Below, in pieces: positions 1-9,760 of a DNA stretch of 64,000 bases. Source of the DNA: Escherichia phage JLBYU08. The position numbers and the translations under genes are program-made. Every line of letters begins with the position of its first letter. The stretch's first letter is position 1. The stretch lies in sequence record OK272482.1. The stretch is one strand, 5' to 3'. The notes beneath the pieces were generated by a model. That model ran no database searches. It worked only from the letters and a program-made list of their open reading frames with translations, and was not told the DNA's origin.

Positions 1-309
1 ATGTACAAGCATTCCAGAGATCTTGAAAAAGATGCTGTGTTTGGCGACCAGATGAAGGAGCTGATCAAACTTATAGGTAGAATGGAAGATAAGTTTGACA
101 CTAAAATCTACATCGATAGCAAGATCTTCAACCACAAAATATGGACAAATGTGTGTGTTGGGCTACATGGTGATAAAGATATTGTAAATTTGGTTGTAAT
201 AAAGTTCATAGTGTGGCAGAATAGGACTATACGTTATTCCGATCCACACTTACTTGTTTATCCTATAAAAGACCTACTACAGAAGGAGGACTGCAATGCC
301 GTTATTTAA
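1..309 (+). CDS. hypothetical protein (may be 5'-truncated at window edge)
   Basis: Open frame from position 1, co-directional with downstream genes; no recognisable motif. Confidence 0.35.
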   Translation: MYKHSRDLEKDAVFGDQMKELIKLIGRMEDKFDTKIYIDSKIFNHKIWTNVCVGLHGDKDIVNLVVIKFIVWQNRTIRYSDPHLLVYPIKDLLQKEDCNAVI

Positions 310-565
310 TCTTGCTAAACCTGTAGAAGCACACCAGTTTGATGGAAGCTCTTCATCAGTATCTGATCTGCAACGGTGGATTGATACAGGTGTGTTTACA
401 TCGTCACCTGTTCGGACCAGAGATATTCGTCGCATGTGTGAGCTTGTTGAGCCGTTTGGCAACTTGGTTTTGTACCAGGGAGATTGGTTAGTTGACTTTA
501 TGGGAGACTGGTTGGTAATGAGTAAAGAAGAGATGTTTAAAATTTTTAAGGAAGAGGCCGAGTAA
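296..565 (+). CDS. hypothetical protein
   Basis: 89-aa ORF, stop overlaps ligase start (ATGA-type coupling). Confidence 0.4.
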   Translation: MPLFNLAKPVEAHQFDGSSSSVSDLQRWIDTGVFTSSPVRTRDIRRMCELVEPFGNLVLYQGDWLVDFMGDWLVMSKEEMFKIFKEEAE

Positions 566-1848
566 TGCATCAAATCAAAACAACACTGTACGCACTGAAC
601 AAAGATGGCAGCTACCAACAGTGGAAAGTATTCACTGATGGCGAAAAGGTTATCGTAGAGTTTGGCAAGCTTGACGGTAAATTGCAGTACAAAGAGACGG
701 TATGTACACCTAAAAACGTAGGTCGTGCCAACGAGACTACAGCTGAGCAACAGGCCGAGCTTGAGGCTATCAGCAAGTGGGAAAAACAAGTCCGTCTGGG
801 GTATGTTGAAAACATGGAAGATTGCGAGCAGGGTGTTGATCTTTTACCTATGCTGGTGCATGACTACCTGAAGCGTGGCAAGGCACTTAAATTACCTTGC
901 TGGATCTTGCGTAAGTTAGATGGCCTTCGTCTGCTTGTTGTTTTCCAAAATGGTGAGCCTAAATTTATTTCCCGTGGTAATAAGTCCTACCCTATTCAAG
1001 GAAAGCTTTTAGAGCAACTTCGTTCTTTCCATTCTACCACTGGGATTAAACAACTTGATGGGGAACTATACATTCATGGTCTTCCTTTGCAGAAAATAGT
1101 GTCTCTTGCTAAACGGTGGCGCACACAGGAAGAGATTCAGGCCGAGATCGATAAAGACTATGAGGCAGATAAAAAACGCCGTCATGCAGCAATTAAGGCA
1201 GGCTTATCAACATACAAAAACTTCAACAAGGTAGATATTCCTGTCGATGTTGAGCCTGTTCGTGATGATTTGCGTTACGGTGGATACTGTAGCTACGATC
1301 TGGAGTATCACATTTTTGATATTCCTAGCGACAAGGTGTGGTGGGATCCAGAAACAGAGTCTGGACGCTGCAAGGATCTTATGGATGCAGAGGATACCGT
1401 TACCACTCTGATGCTTGATCATATCAAGGTTGTTGACGCAGAGCTTGCGTACACAGTTGATCATTGCGAAGAATCTGTTGGTATATTCATGTCCGAAGGA
1501 TATGAAGGTACTATCATGCGTAATTTCTGCGGTAAATATGAGTATGGTCAGCGAACATCTGAAGCATTGAAATGGAAAAAGTTCAACGACGCAGAGGTGA
1601 AAGTTATTGACGTTGAGAAAGATAAGAATGATGAAGGTGTTCTTATCTGTGTTGACAAGGAAGGTGTTGTTGTTAAAATGAAGATGAAAGGCACGCACGA
1701 GGAGCGTAGCTATGACAGGATGCAGGAAATGATCGGCAAGTTTGTCACCTTCAAATACCAAGCAAGGACAGAAGACAACAACTACCAATTCCCTGTCGGT
1801 ATCTGCGTCCGAAATGTTAACCCAGACACTTGGGAGGTGCTTGAATGA
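565..1848 (+). CDS. ATP-dependent DNA ligase
   Basis: Adenylation motif I KxDGxR (LRKLDGLRLL); size and layout like T4/T7 ligases. Confidence 0.85.
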   Translation: MHQIKTTLYALNKDGSYQQWKVFTDGEKVIVEFGKLDGKLQYKETVCTPKNVGRANETTAEQQAELEAISKWEKQVRLGYVENMEDCEQGVDLLPMLVHDYLKRGKALKLPCWILRKLDGLRLLVVFQNGEPKFISRGNKSYPIQGKLLEQLRSFHSTTGIKQLDGELYIHGLPLQKIVSLAKRWRTQEEIQAEIDKDYEADKKRRHAAIKAGLSTYKNFNKVDIPVDVEPVRDDLRYGGYCSYDLEYHIFDIPSDKVWWDPETESGRCKDLMDAEDTVTTLMLDHIKVVDAELAYTVDHCEESVGIFMSEGYEGTIMRNFCGKYEYGQRTSEALKWKKFNDAEVKVIDVEKDKNDEGVLICVDKEGVVVKMKMKGTHEERSYDRMQEMIGKFVTFKYQARTEDNNYQFPVGICVRNVNPDTWEVLE

Positions 1849-1971
1849 TGTAGGAAGGTTCAGTAGGTAACGGTAGCCAATTGAATGATGGTTTTCAATC
1901 GGCACCTACATAACCACACTGTGTAGTGTTGTTGATCGTGTTAGTTATGAGTAAACTGGAGAGTATGAAAA

Positions 1972-2442
1972 ATGAAACTTGATAAAAATGTTCAACGAAA
2001 AGCTTTCTTGGACATGATCGCATATTCGGAAGGCACAGATAATGGTAGGCAACCCACTAAGGATCGGGGATACGATGTCATAGTTGGTGGCAAGCTGTTT
2101 AGCGATTACAGCAAGCATCCAGGTGTGTACGTTAAGCTAAATGCTAAACTTACCTCCTCCGCTGCTGGTCGTTACCAGGTTTTGGAGAAGTTTGCTAAAC
2201 ACTACATGGAACAGTTAGGATTGCCAGATTTTGGCCCCGCCAGTCAGGACAAGATTGCGTTGCAACTGATCCGTGAGTGCAAGGCTCTCGCCGACATTGA
2301 CGAAGGGCGTATCCACGAGGCTATCCATAAATGCCGTTCCCGCTGGGCTTCGTTACCTGGTGCTGGATATGGTCAGCATGAACAGAAGATCGAGAAGTTG
2401 ATCGAGGTGTTTAAAAAGGCAGGCGGTGTTGTCCTTGATTGA
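1972..2442 (+). CDS. endolysin, lambda R-like lytic transglycosylase
   Basis: Blocks QRKAFLDMIAYSEGTDNGRQ, GYDVIVGG, AGRYQVL, WASLPGAGYGQ match phage lambda R almost residue for residue. Confidence 0.9.
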   Translation: MKLDKNVQRKAFLDMIAYSEGTDNGRQPTKDRGYDVIVGGKLFSDYSKHPGVYVKLNAKLTSSAAGRYQVLEKFAKHYMEQLGLPDFGPASQDKIALQLIRECKALADIDEGRIHEAIHKCRSRWASLPGAGYGQHEQKIEKLIEVFKKAGGVVLD

Positions 2443-2505
2443 TCATTGACATAACCACACGGACGTGGTATTGTTACCTCATAAAATGTTTAGGAGGGCT
2501 TAACC

Positions 2506-2712
2506 ATGAAAGATTTTCTGTTGGCAATTTTGTTCATGGTAGCATGTCTGTCCTGTGGTGTCGTGTTTGCAGGTGAAACAGCGTATCTTGTCGATGTATA
2601 TCGGGACAATGGTAAACGTATTTGCCTTTATGAGACAAGTCAAGGTGAGCTCTACGAGCTTGTGAAACAAGGTGAGGCAGGTTCCTGCCCTCGCACCCAT
2701 TTCTTTGAATGA
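2506..2712 (+). CDS. small membrane/secreted protein next to endolysin (holin or spanin candidate)
   Basis: N-terminal hydrophobic segment LLAILFMVACLSCGVVFAG; immediately downstream of endolysin. Confidence 0.4.
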   Translation: MKDFLLAILFMVACLSCGVVFAGETAYLVDVYRDNGKRICLYETSQGELYELVKQGEAGSCPRTHFFE

Positions 2713-2740
2713 GGGAGAACACGTGGAAGACGGACGTTTA

Positions 2741-3187
2741 ATGAAGTCTGAACGCAGGCTTATTGTGCAACTGATCCCAGAAACAGCTTGGTATAATAAC
2801 CTCCGAAACGCTGTGAAGAAGAGTGAGTGGGATAAGATACGTAAGAAGTGCTATAGAGAAGCCAACTACACTTGTGAGGTGTGCGGCGGTAAAGGCAGCA
2901 AACACCCAGTGGAGTGTCATGAACTTTACACTTTCGAAGAGGGAGTGATCCGGCTTGTCGGACTGATAGCACTGTGCCCGGATTGTCACACATCGGTGCA
3001 TCCTGGGTTAGCAAATATCCGTGGAAAGTATGCTCAGGCAGTTAATCAGTTGGCTAAGGTGAATAAGATCACCAAGAGTATGGCAGAGGCGTATTACCGA
3101 GACTGCTTTGCAGAGTGGCGTGAGCTTAGTAAAGTTCCAGAATGGAAGACTGACTTTTCGTGGATAGAGGGTTACCTTGATGGCTAA
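2741..3187 (+). CDS. HNH-like zinc-finger endonuclease
   Basis: CxxC ... H ... CxxCH arrangement (CEVCGG, ECHE, CPDCHTSVH); start chosen at ATG 2741 to avoid overlap. Confidence 0.5.
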   Translation: MKSERRLIVQLIPETAWYNNLRNAVKKSEWDKIRKKCYREANYTCEVCGGKGSKHPVECHELYTFEEGVIRLVGLIALCPDCHTSVHPGLANIRGKYAQAVNQLAKVNKITKSMAEAYYRDCFAEWRELSKVPEWKTDFSWIEGYLDG

Positions 3188-3470
3188 GAGACCTGTAAAA
3201 GAGAAATTCGATAAGACAGCTTTTGTATTCGATACACCTCTGGACGACATCATTAGAGGTATGCAATCATTGTATCGGAAGGCTGAATCTGAGCAGCTGT
3301 CGGAATCAGAACTTTACTGGCTCGGTTGGTGGGAGTTAAACCTGCCTAAAGCTGAAAGTTCTTCTCTGAGAACTGTTAAAACGTGCGCCCAAGAAAACGC
3401 TGCACTTGGAATCTACCACAAAAGGAAAAGATCAACAAAAAGCTCTCCAAGAAAGACTAAAAAGTCTTGA
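3177..3470 (+). CDS. hypothetical protein, basic C-terminus
   Basis: 97-aa ORF, lysine/arginine-rich tail. Confidence 0.4.
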   Translation: MMAKRPVKEKFDKTAFVFDTPLDDIIRGMQSLYRKAESEQLSESELYWLGWWELNLPKAESSSLRTVKTCAQENAALGIYHKRKRSTKSSPRKTKKS

Positions 3471-3496
3471 CAAAAGTGTTATTAATCTGATATTAT
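3467..3496 (+). promoter_or_regulatory. sigma70-like promoter (TTGACA-N18-TATTAT)
   Basis: Consensus -35 and -10 hexamers upstream of RBS AGGAG and ATG 3530. Confidence 0.55.
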
Positions 3497-3529
3497 CGGT
3501 CAGATATCTATAAACTAGGAGAACTAGAT

Positions 3530-3838
3530 ATGCTTAAAATTTTTATTGTTGAAGATAAAGATATTGTCCAGTTGTATGCAAACGAGAATCATAAAGGTAT
3601 GATTCTGAAGAAGGCAAGCAACCTTCATGAAAACACAATTCAACCTGGCGATGTAATTAAGATCTGTGGTTATATGATACCAGACTCCTTGATGAAAATA
3701 ACCCACCACTGGGGGTCTAATCCGTTCCTTTTTGAAAAGTATTGGGATGTTGAGTCACTTATTGCAGAGAGTGATGATGCATTCCATTACAGCATCCAAC
3801 CATCTTGCAGAATAACTAACAGGAGGGTCTTTGAGTAG
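3530..3838 (+). CDS. hypothetical protein
   Basis: ORF with RBS (ctaggagaactagatATG) downstream of promoter. Confidence 0.5.
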   Translation: MLKIFIVEDKDIVQLYANENHKGMILKKASNLHENTIQPGDVIKICGYMIPDSLMKITHHWGSNPFLFEKYWDVESLIAESDDAFHYSIQPSCRITNRRVFE

Positions 3839-4970
3839 AGAATATCCACTTATTGAGTCCATAGATTGTCTGGCTGATCTTCTTGAACCTGACGCTATAG
3901 TTTATTATGACTTCGATCAGGTTGCATATCAAGCTGCAGCAAGTTGTGAAAAAAGGACAATTGAGGTAACACACAAAGCCTCCGGACGTAAGAAGATGTT
4001 TAAAACACGAACAGAGTTCTGGGGGCGGCAGAAGAACACAGTTGGTGGTTGGTTAAAAGCTGAGAATACCAACCGTGAAGCTGCATGTAAAAAGGCTGGC
4101 AAGGAGTTTATTCCGTGGACACGAGAAGATTTCGATGTCTTGGATATCCAAACCCCTGATCCTGTAGAGAACTGCTTGCACACAATTAAGTGTAAAGCGA
4201 ATGCAGTCCTTAATTATCTCGGTATTCCGGAAGATCGGTGCGTGGGGGTACTTGGAGGCACAGGTAATTTCAGACTAGATCTTCCCATGCCGGAAAGATA
4301 TAAAGCCAACCGTAACAATACTCTTCGACCACTGCTGCTTGGAGATGCAAGACAGTATCTCCAAAAGCAGTATAATGCTCAAGTGATCAACGGTATCGAG
4401 GCTGACGACTGGTTAGCTATCCAGCAATTTGAAGGTTGGAACCACTACCAAAAAACAGGTAAGTTCAACAAGTTTATTATCTCTATTGATAAGGACCAAA
4501 GAACACTGCCGGGGCTTGTGTTCGATCCCATGCGAAACGATAAGGGAGATTTTGTAAGGGAAACCCCCATGCTGATCGATAACGGTATGGGGAACATCTT
4601 CATGAAGCCTAATGGAGAGGTTGGTGGTTACGGAATGCTGTTCTTCGGATACCAAATGCTGTGTGGTGACTCTGCCGACAATATCAAGCCGTATCAAGGA
4701 CTTATCGGTAAGGGTAAGTTCGGGGATGCCTCAGCATTCTACCTACTGTCTCAGTGCAGCACTCCAAAGGAGATGTGGGTGGCTATTATTGATCAGTACA
4801 AGAAGTGGTTCCCGAAAGGTGTTGTTAAGTATACTGACTTCAATGGTGTTGATCGTAGAATTTCCGTAGGTCAATGGATGAGTATAATTTTTGACTGTTT
4901 GTATATGAAGCGAACATTCAATGATCAAACAAAACTTGTTAACGTTCTTAGAAATGTTGGAGCAATTTGA
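3831..4970 (+). CDS. 5'-3' exonuclease / flap endonuclease (T7 gp6 / T5 D15-like)
   Basis: FEN-family acidic motifs GIEADDW, ISIDKD, CGDSADNIKP. Confidence 0.75.
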   Translation: MSREYPLIESIDCLADLLEPDAIVYYDFDQVAYQAAASCEKRTIEVTHKASGRKKMFKTRTEFWGRQKNTVGGWLKAENTNREAACKKAGKEFIPWTREDFDVLDIQTPDPVENCLHTIKCKANAVLNYLGIPEDRCVGVLGGTGNFRLDLPMPERYKANRNNTLRPLLLGDARQYLQKQYNAQVINGIEADDWLAIQQFEGWNHYQKTGKFNKFIISIDKDQRTLPGLVFDPMRNDKGDFVRETPMLIDNGMGNIFMKPNGEVGGYGMLFFGYQMLCGDSADNIKPYQGLIGKGKFGDASAFYLLSQCSTPKEMWVAIIDQYKKWFPKGVVKYTDFNGVDRRISVGQWMSIIFDCLYMKRTFNDQTKLVNVLRNVGAI

Positions 4971-5302
4971 TGACTAAAAATTCTGTAGATAGTGCAATTA
5001 TGGAAGCTGTTTTTGAGGATGATCATACAACAGGGACACTTAAAACAAAAAATACATTCGTTGTTGCCACAGGTATGTGGCGGTTGTATGAAGATGACAC
5101 CATTTCATACATCCTGTACACTGATGATTACGCAGATGACCGTGTATGGTCTGCTGTTTTAAAAGAGGATTGTGAACTGATTGAGGGCGAGCGGTTATGC
5201 ATGTTCACCAGTGTGGAAACAGATGTTAAGCTTTGCTCTCTCGTCTTGTTCAAAGATAAGGCTTATGCTCCTGATGAAGGAGAGGAGGATGAGGAAGTAT
5301 GA
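4967..5302 (+). CDS. hypothetical acidic protein
   Basis: 111-aa ORF, acidic C-terminus (EGEEDEEV). Confidence 0.45.
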   Translation: MMTKNSVDSAIMEAVFEDDHTTGTLKTKNTFVVATGMWRLYEDDTISYILYTDDYADDRVWSAVLKEDCELIEGERLCMFTSVETDVKLCSLVLFKDKAYAPDEGEEDEEV

Positions 5303-5928
5303 GAGAGCGTCTATTATCCATAGACCAGTCGTTGACACACACAGCTTGCGTTGTATGGGACGATGGAAAGCCTGTTCATAAGGTTGTGTTACGAACTCAA
5401 AGCTCATCTGCAAAAGAGAAGAAACCAGGGACGGTTTCTTTTGCAACAGCTGCTGAGCGTATTGACTGGATCTGCAAACAGGTCAGATATTATATCCACA
5501 CGCACGGAGTTGACACCGTGGTTATGGAAGGACTTTCCTTCGGATCTCGCGGGGATGCCACACGTGAACTGGCTGGGTTGTTTTACGGTCTCGAAGTTAT
5601 GCTTTGGGATGCTTTAGCTGATTGTGAAAATGACGGCCTGTTTAAGGTTCACACAGTGACACCAACAACTGCCAAAAAGTTTGCTCGTAGTCATCTTCCT
5701 GAAGAACTTGCTTTTGAGGAGAAGAAAAAGCTTGACAAAAAGACAGGTAAAGAGCATACTGTGAAGAAACCTGTTACGATGGATAAAAAGTTGATGGTTA
5801 AGGCCTGCGAAGTATCTGAACCAGGGTTCCTAGATGGGATCAATTTGGTACAAGGTAAGGCCGATCTCGCAGATGCTTATTGGATAGGCAGGGCGCATCT
5901 GGAGGGGTTATCGCAAAGCGTAAAATAA
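5299..5928 (+). CDS. RuvC-like Holliday junction resolvase (putative)
   Basis: N-terminal LSIDQSLTHTA (catalytic Asp), VVMEGLSFG (Glu), ADAYWIG (Asp) in RuvC-like order. Confidence 0.5.
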   Translation: MRERLLSIDQSLTHTACVVWDDGKPVHKVVLRTQSSSAKEKKPGTVSFATAAERIDWICKQVRYYIHTHGVDTVVMEGLSFGSRGDATRELAGLFYGLEVMLWDALADCENDGLFKVHTVTPTTAKKFARSHLPEELAFEEKKKLDKKTGKEHTVKKPVTMDKKLMVKACEVSEPGFLDGINLVQGKADLADAYWIGRAHLEGLSQSVK

Positions 5929-6485
5929 GAAAGAAAGCTGTCAAAGCCCCCGTTCATAGCGGGTGGCTAAAAGATTCTAAGGACATAGCCAACTTTCGAA
6001 AAGAATTGTCAGAGGAGCAGGATGGTCTTGATCCGATCTTGTGCGAGCCACTTCGTAAGCCTTGTTTAGATCATGATCATCTGACTGGTCGTTGCAGGGG
6101 TGTTTTGTCTCAGTGCACTAATACCTTTGAGGGGTATGTGCTTAAATACTGGATGAAATACTGTAACGAGTATACAGATTGCAGTTTATCAGAGGCGTTG
6201 CGCCGGATGGCTGACTATCTGGAGAAAGACTACAGCGACTTCCCGCTCCACAAAAACTACAGAGATGATATGACAAAGTTCTTGAGGAGATGCTCTAAAG
6301 CTACGATTATTGCACGAGCAGAATCAGATCTCAATCTTGTCATTAATCCAGAGTGCACCAAGCATGAGGCTATTGAGTCCTACATGCAGGAGTTTATAAA
6401 GAAAACTGAGGAGAGAGATTTCTATGGGGATGAAAAAGGTATTCAATCCTTGCGACTCAGTCCTGATCAGGATGAAATACCGTAA
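5880..6485 (+). CDS. recombination endonuclease VII family protein
   Basis: CLDHDHLTGRCRGVL..CTN..EG zinc/His motif typical of T4 endo VII; true start uncertain (overlaps upstream gene). Confidence 0.7.
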   Translation: MDRQGASGGVIAKRKIRKKAVKAPVHSGWLKDSKDIANFRKELSEEQDGLDPILCEPLRKPCLDHDHLTGRCRGVLSQCTNTFEGYVLKYWMKYCNEYTDCSLSEALRRMADYLEKDYSDFPLHKNYRDDMTKFLRRCSKATIIARAESDLNLVINPECTKHEAIESYMQEFIKKTEERDFYGDEKGIQSLRLSPDQDEIP

Positions 6486-6645
6486 CTGGAAAGGTGTTGT
6501 TGCAGATCGCTGCGTTACTGAGCCTAATTTATGGTTTGGCTCTACAGAGTATCATAAAGAAGAGCAGTGGTTGATGCATGCCTTTGATGTAGACAAGGGC
6601 GAATATCGTGACTTCGCTTTAAAAGACATTCTTCAGTTTTACTAA
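6424..6645 (+). CDS. hypothetical protein
   Basis: 73-aa ORF, overlaps endo VII 3' end in another frame; may be spurious. Confidence 0.3.
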   Translation: MGMKKVFNPCDSVLIRMKYRNWKGVVADRCVTEPNLWFGSTEYHKEEQWLMHAFDVDKGEYRDFALKDILQFY

Positions 6646-6651
6646 GGAATT

Positions 6652-7641
6652 TTGACGATGATGACAAAGTTAACTCTTGAGCAAATTTTAACACTAAAGC
6701 AGCAGGGATACACTAATAGACAAATTGCTCGTGAATTTTTAGGCCGTGAGTCACGTGAGAGTTGGATCCGACTACAGCTTAAACGTGCACAAGAGAATAT
6801 GTCAGAGATTGTAGGAGAAGCAACGGAGCGCTTCCTTGAAGAACACAAAGGAGCTAAAGTTTGGGTGTATGATACAGAAACATCACCAACAAACGGCTGG
6901 TTCTTTGGGCACTATAAGACCAACATTCAAACCTGCGGTATTGAAATTATGCCCTATATGCTAACTTTCGCAGGTAAGTGGTTAGACAGTCCTAGTGTGG
7001 TTGACTGCGCTCTTCCCGATTACAAAATGTGGGATGAGGATATTCACAATGACCTCGAATTGATTCAGGACTTGTGGTATTATCTGGATAAATGTGATGT
7101 CGCAGTAGCCCACAATTCAGGTTTTGACTGTGGGTGGGCAAACCAACGATTTGCATTTCACGGGTTGCCTCCAACAAGCCCATACAAAGAGGTTGACACC
7201 CTTAAAATGATCAAGAAGGCATTCCGTTTGAATGCAAACACTTTGGAGTATGCATGCAAATACTTCCAACTTGCCAGACAGAAACTGATTGACCACACAT
7301 TTGAAATGTGGATCAAGTGTGTTCATGGTGATCTTGAGGCGTTTAAACAGATGCGGGAGTACAATGTTGGTGATATCCTATCTCTGGAAGGCCTGTATTT
7401 GCTGGCACGCCCGTTTGCTAAGCAGCACCCCAACATGTCATTGTACTACCAGGATGAGGAGCCAAAAGTTCGTTGCCCACGCTGCGGTGGAGAACACCTT
7501 CACGAGGAAGAAGCTTTGGCGTATACTCAACTGAGTGCATTTAAAACATATCGCTGCGAAGGTTGTGGATCTGTTGTTCGTGACCGTAACAACATCCGTA
7601 CCAGAGAAGAAATGAAAAACACCCTGATTAAGATAATCTAA
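6652..7641 (+). CDS. DnaQ-like 3'-5' exonuclease with C-terminal zinc ribbon
   Basis: VYDTETS (Exo I), VAHNSGFDCGW (Exo II), C-terminal CPRCGG...CEGCGS. Confidence 0.6.
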   Translation: MTMMTKLTLEQILTLKQQGYTNRQIAREFLGRESRESWIRLQLKRAQENMSEIVGEATERFLEEHKGAKVWVYDTETSPTNGWFFGHYKTNIQTCGIEIMPYMLTFAGKWLDSPSVVDCALPDYKMWDEDIHNDLELIQDLWYYLDKCDVAVAHNSGFDCGWANQRFAFHGLPPTSPYKEVDTLKMIKKAFRLNANTLEYACKYFQLARQKLIDHTFEMWIKCVHGDLEAFKQMREYNVGDILSLEGLYLLARPFAKQHPNMSLYYQDEEPKVRCPRCGGEHLHEEEALAYTQLSAFKTYRCEGCGSVVRDRNNIRTREEMKNTLIKII

Positions 7642-7650
7642 TCAAGTATA

Positions 7651-7678
7651 GGGAGGCTTGCGCCTCCCTTTTCCTTTT
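7651..7678 (+). terminator. rho-independent terminator
   Basis: Hairpin GGGAGGC-TTGC-GCCTCCC followed by TTTTCCTTTT. Confidence 0.7.
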
Positions 7679-7687
7679 GGAGGCACT

Positions 7688-8506
7688 TTGAGCAAGAAAG
7701 AGTCCAACGACAAATATTACACAAACCCTGAGTATGCAGAATATCTTGTTGGTAAAGTAAAAGATAAGTATGGAAATTGTGCATACGTTGAGCCTTCTGC
7801 TGGAAGGGGTTCTTTTTCAAAACTATTTTCAGAGATACTGTCTTACGATCTAGTACCAGATCCTGAATTTGAAGGACCAACACCGTGCATTCAGGCAAAC
7901 TTCTTGGAGGTGCATCCCAAGGCAGATGTCTTCATAGGTAACCCACCATTTGGCAAGAATTCATCTTTAGCTTGCAAATTCTTTAACCATTGTGCATCAT
8001 TGCTAGAGCTTGGAGGGGCTATAGCCTTCATCTTGCCACGGACATTTGAAAAAATATTTTTTGCAAACAAACTGGACATGTCGATGCACCTTGTCTACAG
8101 TGAAAGGTGCCCTAAGAACTCGTTTCTACTTAATGGCAAACCTTATGACGTGCCGTGTGTTTTCCAAATTTGGGAGAAAAAGGCGTGCAACAGGGATCCT
8201 GTAGAGATTGGGGAGAATAAGTTATTTTCTTTTAGCACTCCAGATGACTACGACTTCTGTGTAAGACGTGTTGGGTATAATGCTGGAAAAGTATTGGGGG
8301 AGGATGACCCAAAATCTGAAGAATCAACATATTTCATAAAATCTTTAGTTGACGGTGTTGACAGAGTGTTTGCTGAATGCTATTCTTCTTTTCAAGAAGA
8401 AGCAGGTAAGACTGCCGGAATGAAGAGTATAGGTAAGAAAGAACTACAATACATTTTGGAGACTAGGTATGATCAAAAGCATAGACTTGACCAAAGAACT
8501 TACTGA
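7688..8506 (+). CDS. DNA N6-adenine methyltransferase
   Basis: Motif I VEPSAGRGSF then motif IV FIGNPPFG; start set at TTG 7688 after GGAGG (track start 7658 lies inside terminator hairpin). Confidence 0.6.
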   Translation: MSKKESNDKYYTNPEYAEYLVGKVKDKYGNCAYVEPSAGRGSFSKLFSEILSYDLVPDPEFEGPTPCIQANFLEVHPKADVFIGNPPFGKNSSLACKFFNHCASLLELGGAIAFILPRTFEKIFFANKLDMSMHLVYSERCPKNSFLLNGKPYDVPCVFQIWEKKACNRDPVEIGENKLFSFSTPDDYDFCVRRVGYNAGKVLGEDDPKSEESTYFIKSLVDGVDRVFAECYSSFQEEAGKTAGMKSIGKKELQYILETRYDQKHRLDQRTY

Positions 8507-8927
8507 TGCAAAAGCTTTTGGTGAGACAGCGGTACAAAGGGGGCAGGCGATGGGACTGGCACTACCTTTCGTATTAAAAGAGCACTTTACAGATTTTCAA
8601 CTTATCAAGGGTGATAAGGGAATGCTTATCCTGGAGCATAAGTTGAGTAAGAAACGCTATAAAGTTGTTTTTAATTCTAAAGCTCCAACAAAACTGGGAT
8701 TCAGAACTTACAATCTTAACCCATCCTACACTAAGGGTGTTGGAAGGGTAGAACAACAGCATTTCAGTGCCAGAGCTTCTTTAGCCCCTTTGATGCTAAA
8801 TTTCTCAGGGGTGGCTTTAGGATACCTTGATAAGAAAAGAGTTCTTCATGTCCGTTTAACAGACTTTGTAACGCTTCTAGCCAACAACGAGGTTGATGAA
8901 AAGGGACGTGTAAAAACAAACTTCTAA
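8469..8927 (+). CDS. hypothetical protein
   Basis: 152-aa ORF, no recognisable motif. Confidence 0.4.
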   Translation: MIKSIDLTKELTDAKAFGETAVQRGQAMGLALPFVLKEHFTDFQLIKGDKGMLILEHKLSKKRYKVVFNSKAPTKLGFRTYNLNPSYTKGVGRVEQQHFSARASLAPLMLNFSGVALGYLDKKRVLHVRLTDFVTLLANNEVDEKGRVKTNF

Positions 8928-8954
8928 TAACGCATAGTATGATTGGAGAACGCA

Positions 8955-9146
8955 ATGACACTAAAGTTAACAATTCCAGACAGCTTTTCAGAAGACTTTA
9001 TCCCAGAAATGATGGGTAAGATGCGATCATTGCTTGATCAGATCGAGGAAGCTGTTTGGGAAGACGATGCTGTAGTGGCTAACGAGCTGGTAGATAAGTG
9101 TAAAAGTATTATTGATGCAGTTGAAGAATACCACGGAGGTTTTTGA
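8955..9146 (+). CDS. hypothetical acidic protein
   Basis: ATG 8955 in frame with track ORF 8943. Confidence 0.4.
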   Translation: MTLKLTIPDSFSEDFIPEMMGKMRSLLDQIEEAVWEDDAVVANELVDKCKSIIDAVEEYHGGF

Positions 9147-9760
9147 TGGATATTATTGTTCTTAACGCCCCACCCAGCAGTGGTAAGGATCACATTGCAG
9201 ATCTCTTGTTGGAAGCTATTCCTAACTCACACCACCGTGAGGTTAAGGAGATGCTCTTCAGTGTGGCAATTAAGGCAGCTGGTGTAACTCCTCAACTCTG
9301 GAATGCACTTTATGACCGCCACTACAAAGAAGAGCCTTGCCCTTTCTTAATGATAGACGGCAAGCATGTTTCTCCGCGAGAATGGATGATCCATTGTAGT
9401 GAAAATCTGATTAAACCTATCTTTGGTGAAGATGCTTTCGGTAAAGCCGCAGTCGCATCTTTGAAGAAAGATTTCCCTAAAGGTAAAGGGGTTGTTGTTT
9501 ACTCCGATGGTGGATTCAAAGAGGAGCTGGCATGCCTTAGCGAGTACGCGTACAGCACAGGTGGAGATCTGTTGTTGTTCCGTATTCACCGTGTCGGATA
9601 TGACTGGGGAAATGATTCCAGAACCTATCTAAGTCTGGAAAAGAACGGAATAAAAGGAATTGAGTTCGATGTTGTAAACCCTGAAGGTGCACCTTGGGAA
9701 TGTGCATCGGAGATTGTGTGCAAGTATATTGATGCTAAAGAGGCCCAAGAAGAATGTTAA
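9143..9760 (+). CDS. P-loop kinase, dNMP kinase-like
   Basis: N-terminal NAPPSSGKDHIADLL resembles T4 gp1 LSGVKRSGKDTTADF. Confidence 0.5.
   Translation: MMDIIVLNAPPSSGKDHIADLLLEAIPNSHHREVKEMLFSVAIKAAGVTPQLWNALYDRHYKEEPCPFLMIDGKHVSPREWMIHCSENLIKPIFGEDAFGKAAVASLKKDFPKGKGVVVYSDGGFKEELACLSEYAYSTGGDLLLFRIHRVGYDWGNDSRTYLSLEKNGIKGIEFDVVNPEGAPWECASEIVCKYIDAKEAQEEC

Noticed and set aside
277-1905. Minus-strand ORFs 277..789, 612..815 and 1207..1905
   Set aside because: Antisense to the DNA ligase and flanking plus-strand genes, no RBS, no motifs; shadow ORFs
2506-2712. Lipoprotein (o-spanin) call for the protein downstream of the endolysin
   Set aside because: Sequence around the Cys residues (MVACLSCG) does not match a canonical lipobox
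7658-7687. Track start codon TTG at 7658 for the methyltransferase
   Set aside because: Lies inside the terminator hairpin; a downstream TTG at 7688 with GGAGG is more plausible, though still uncertain
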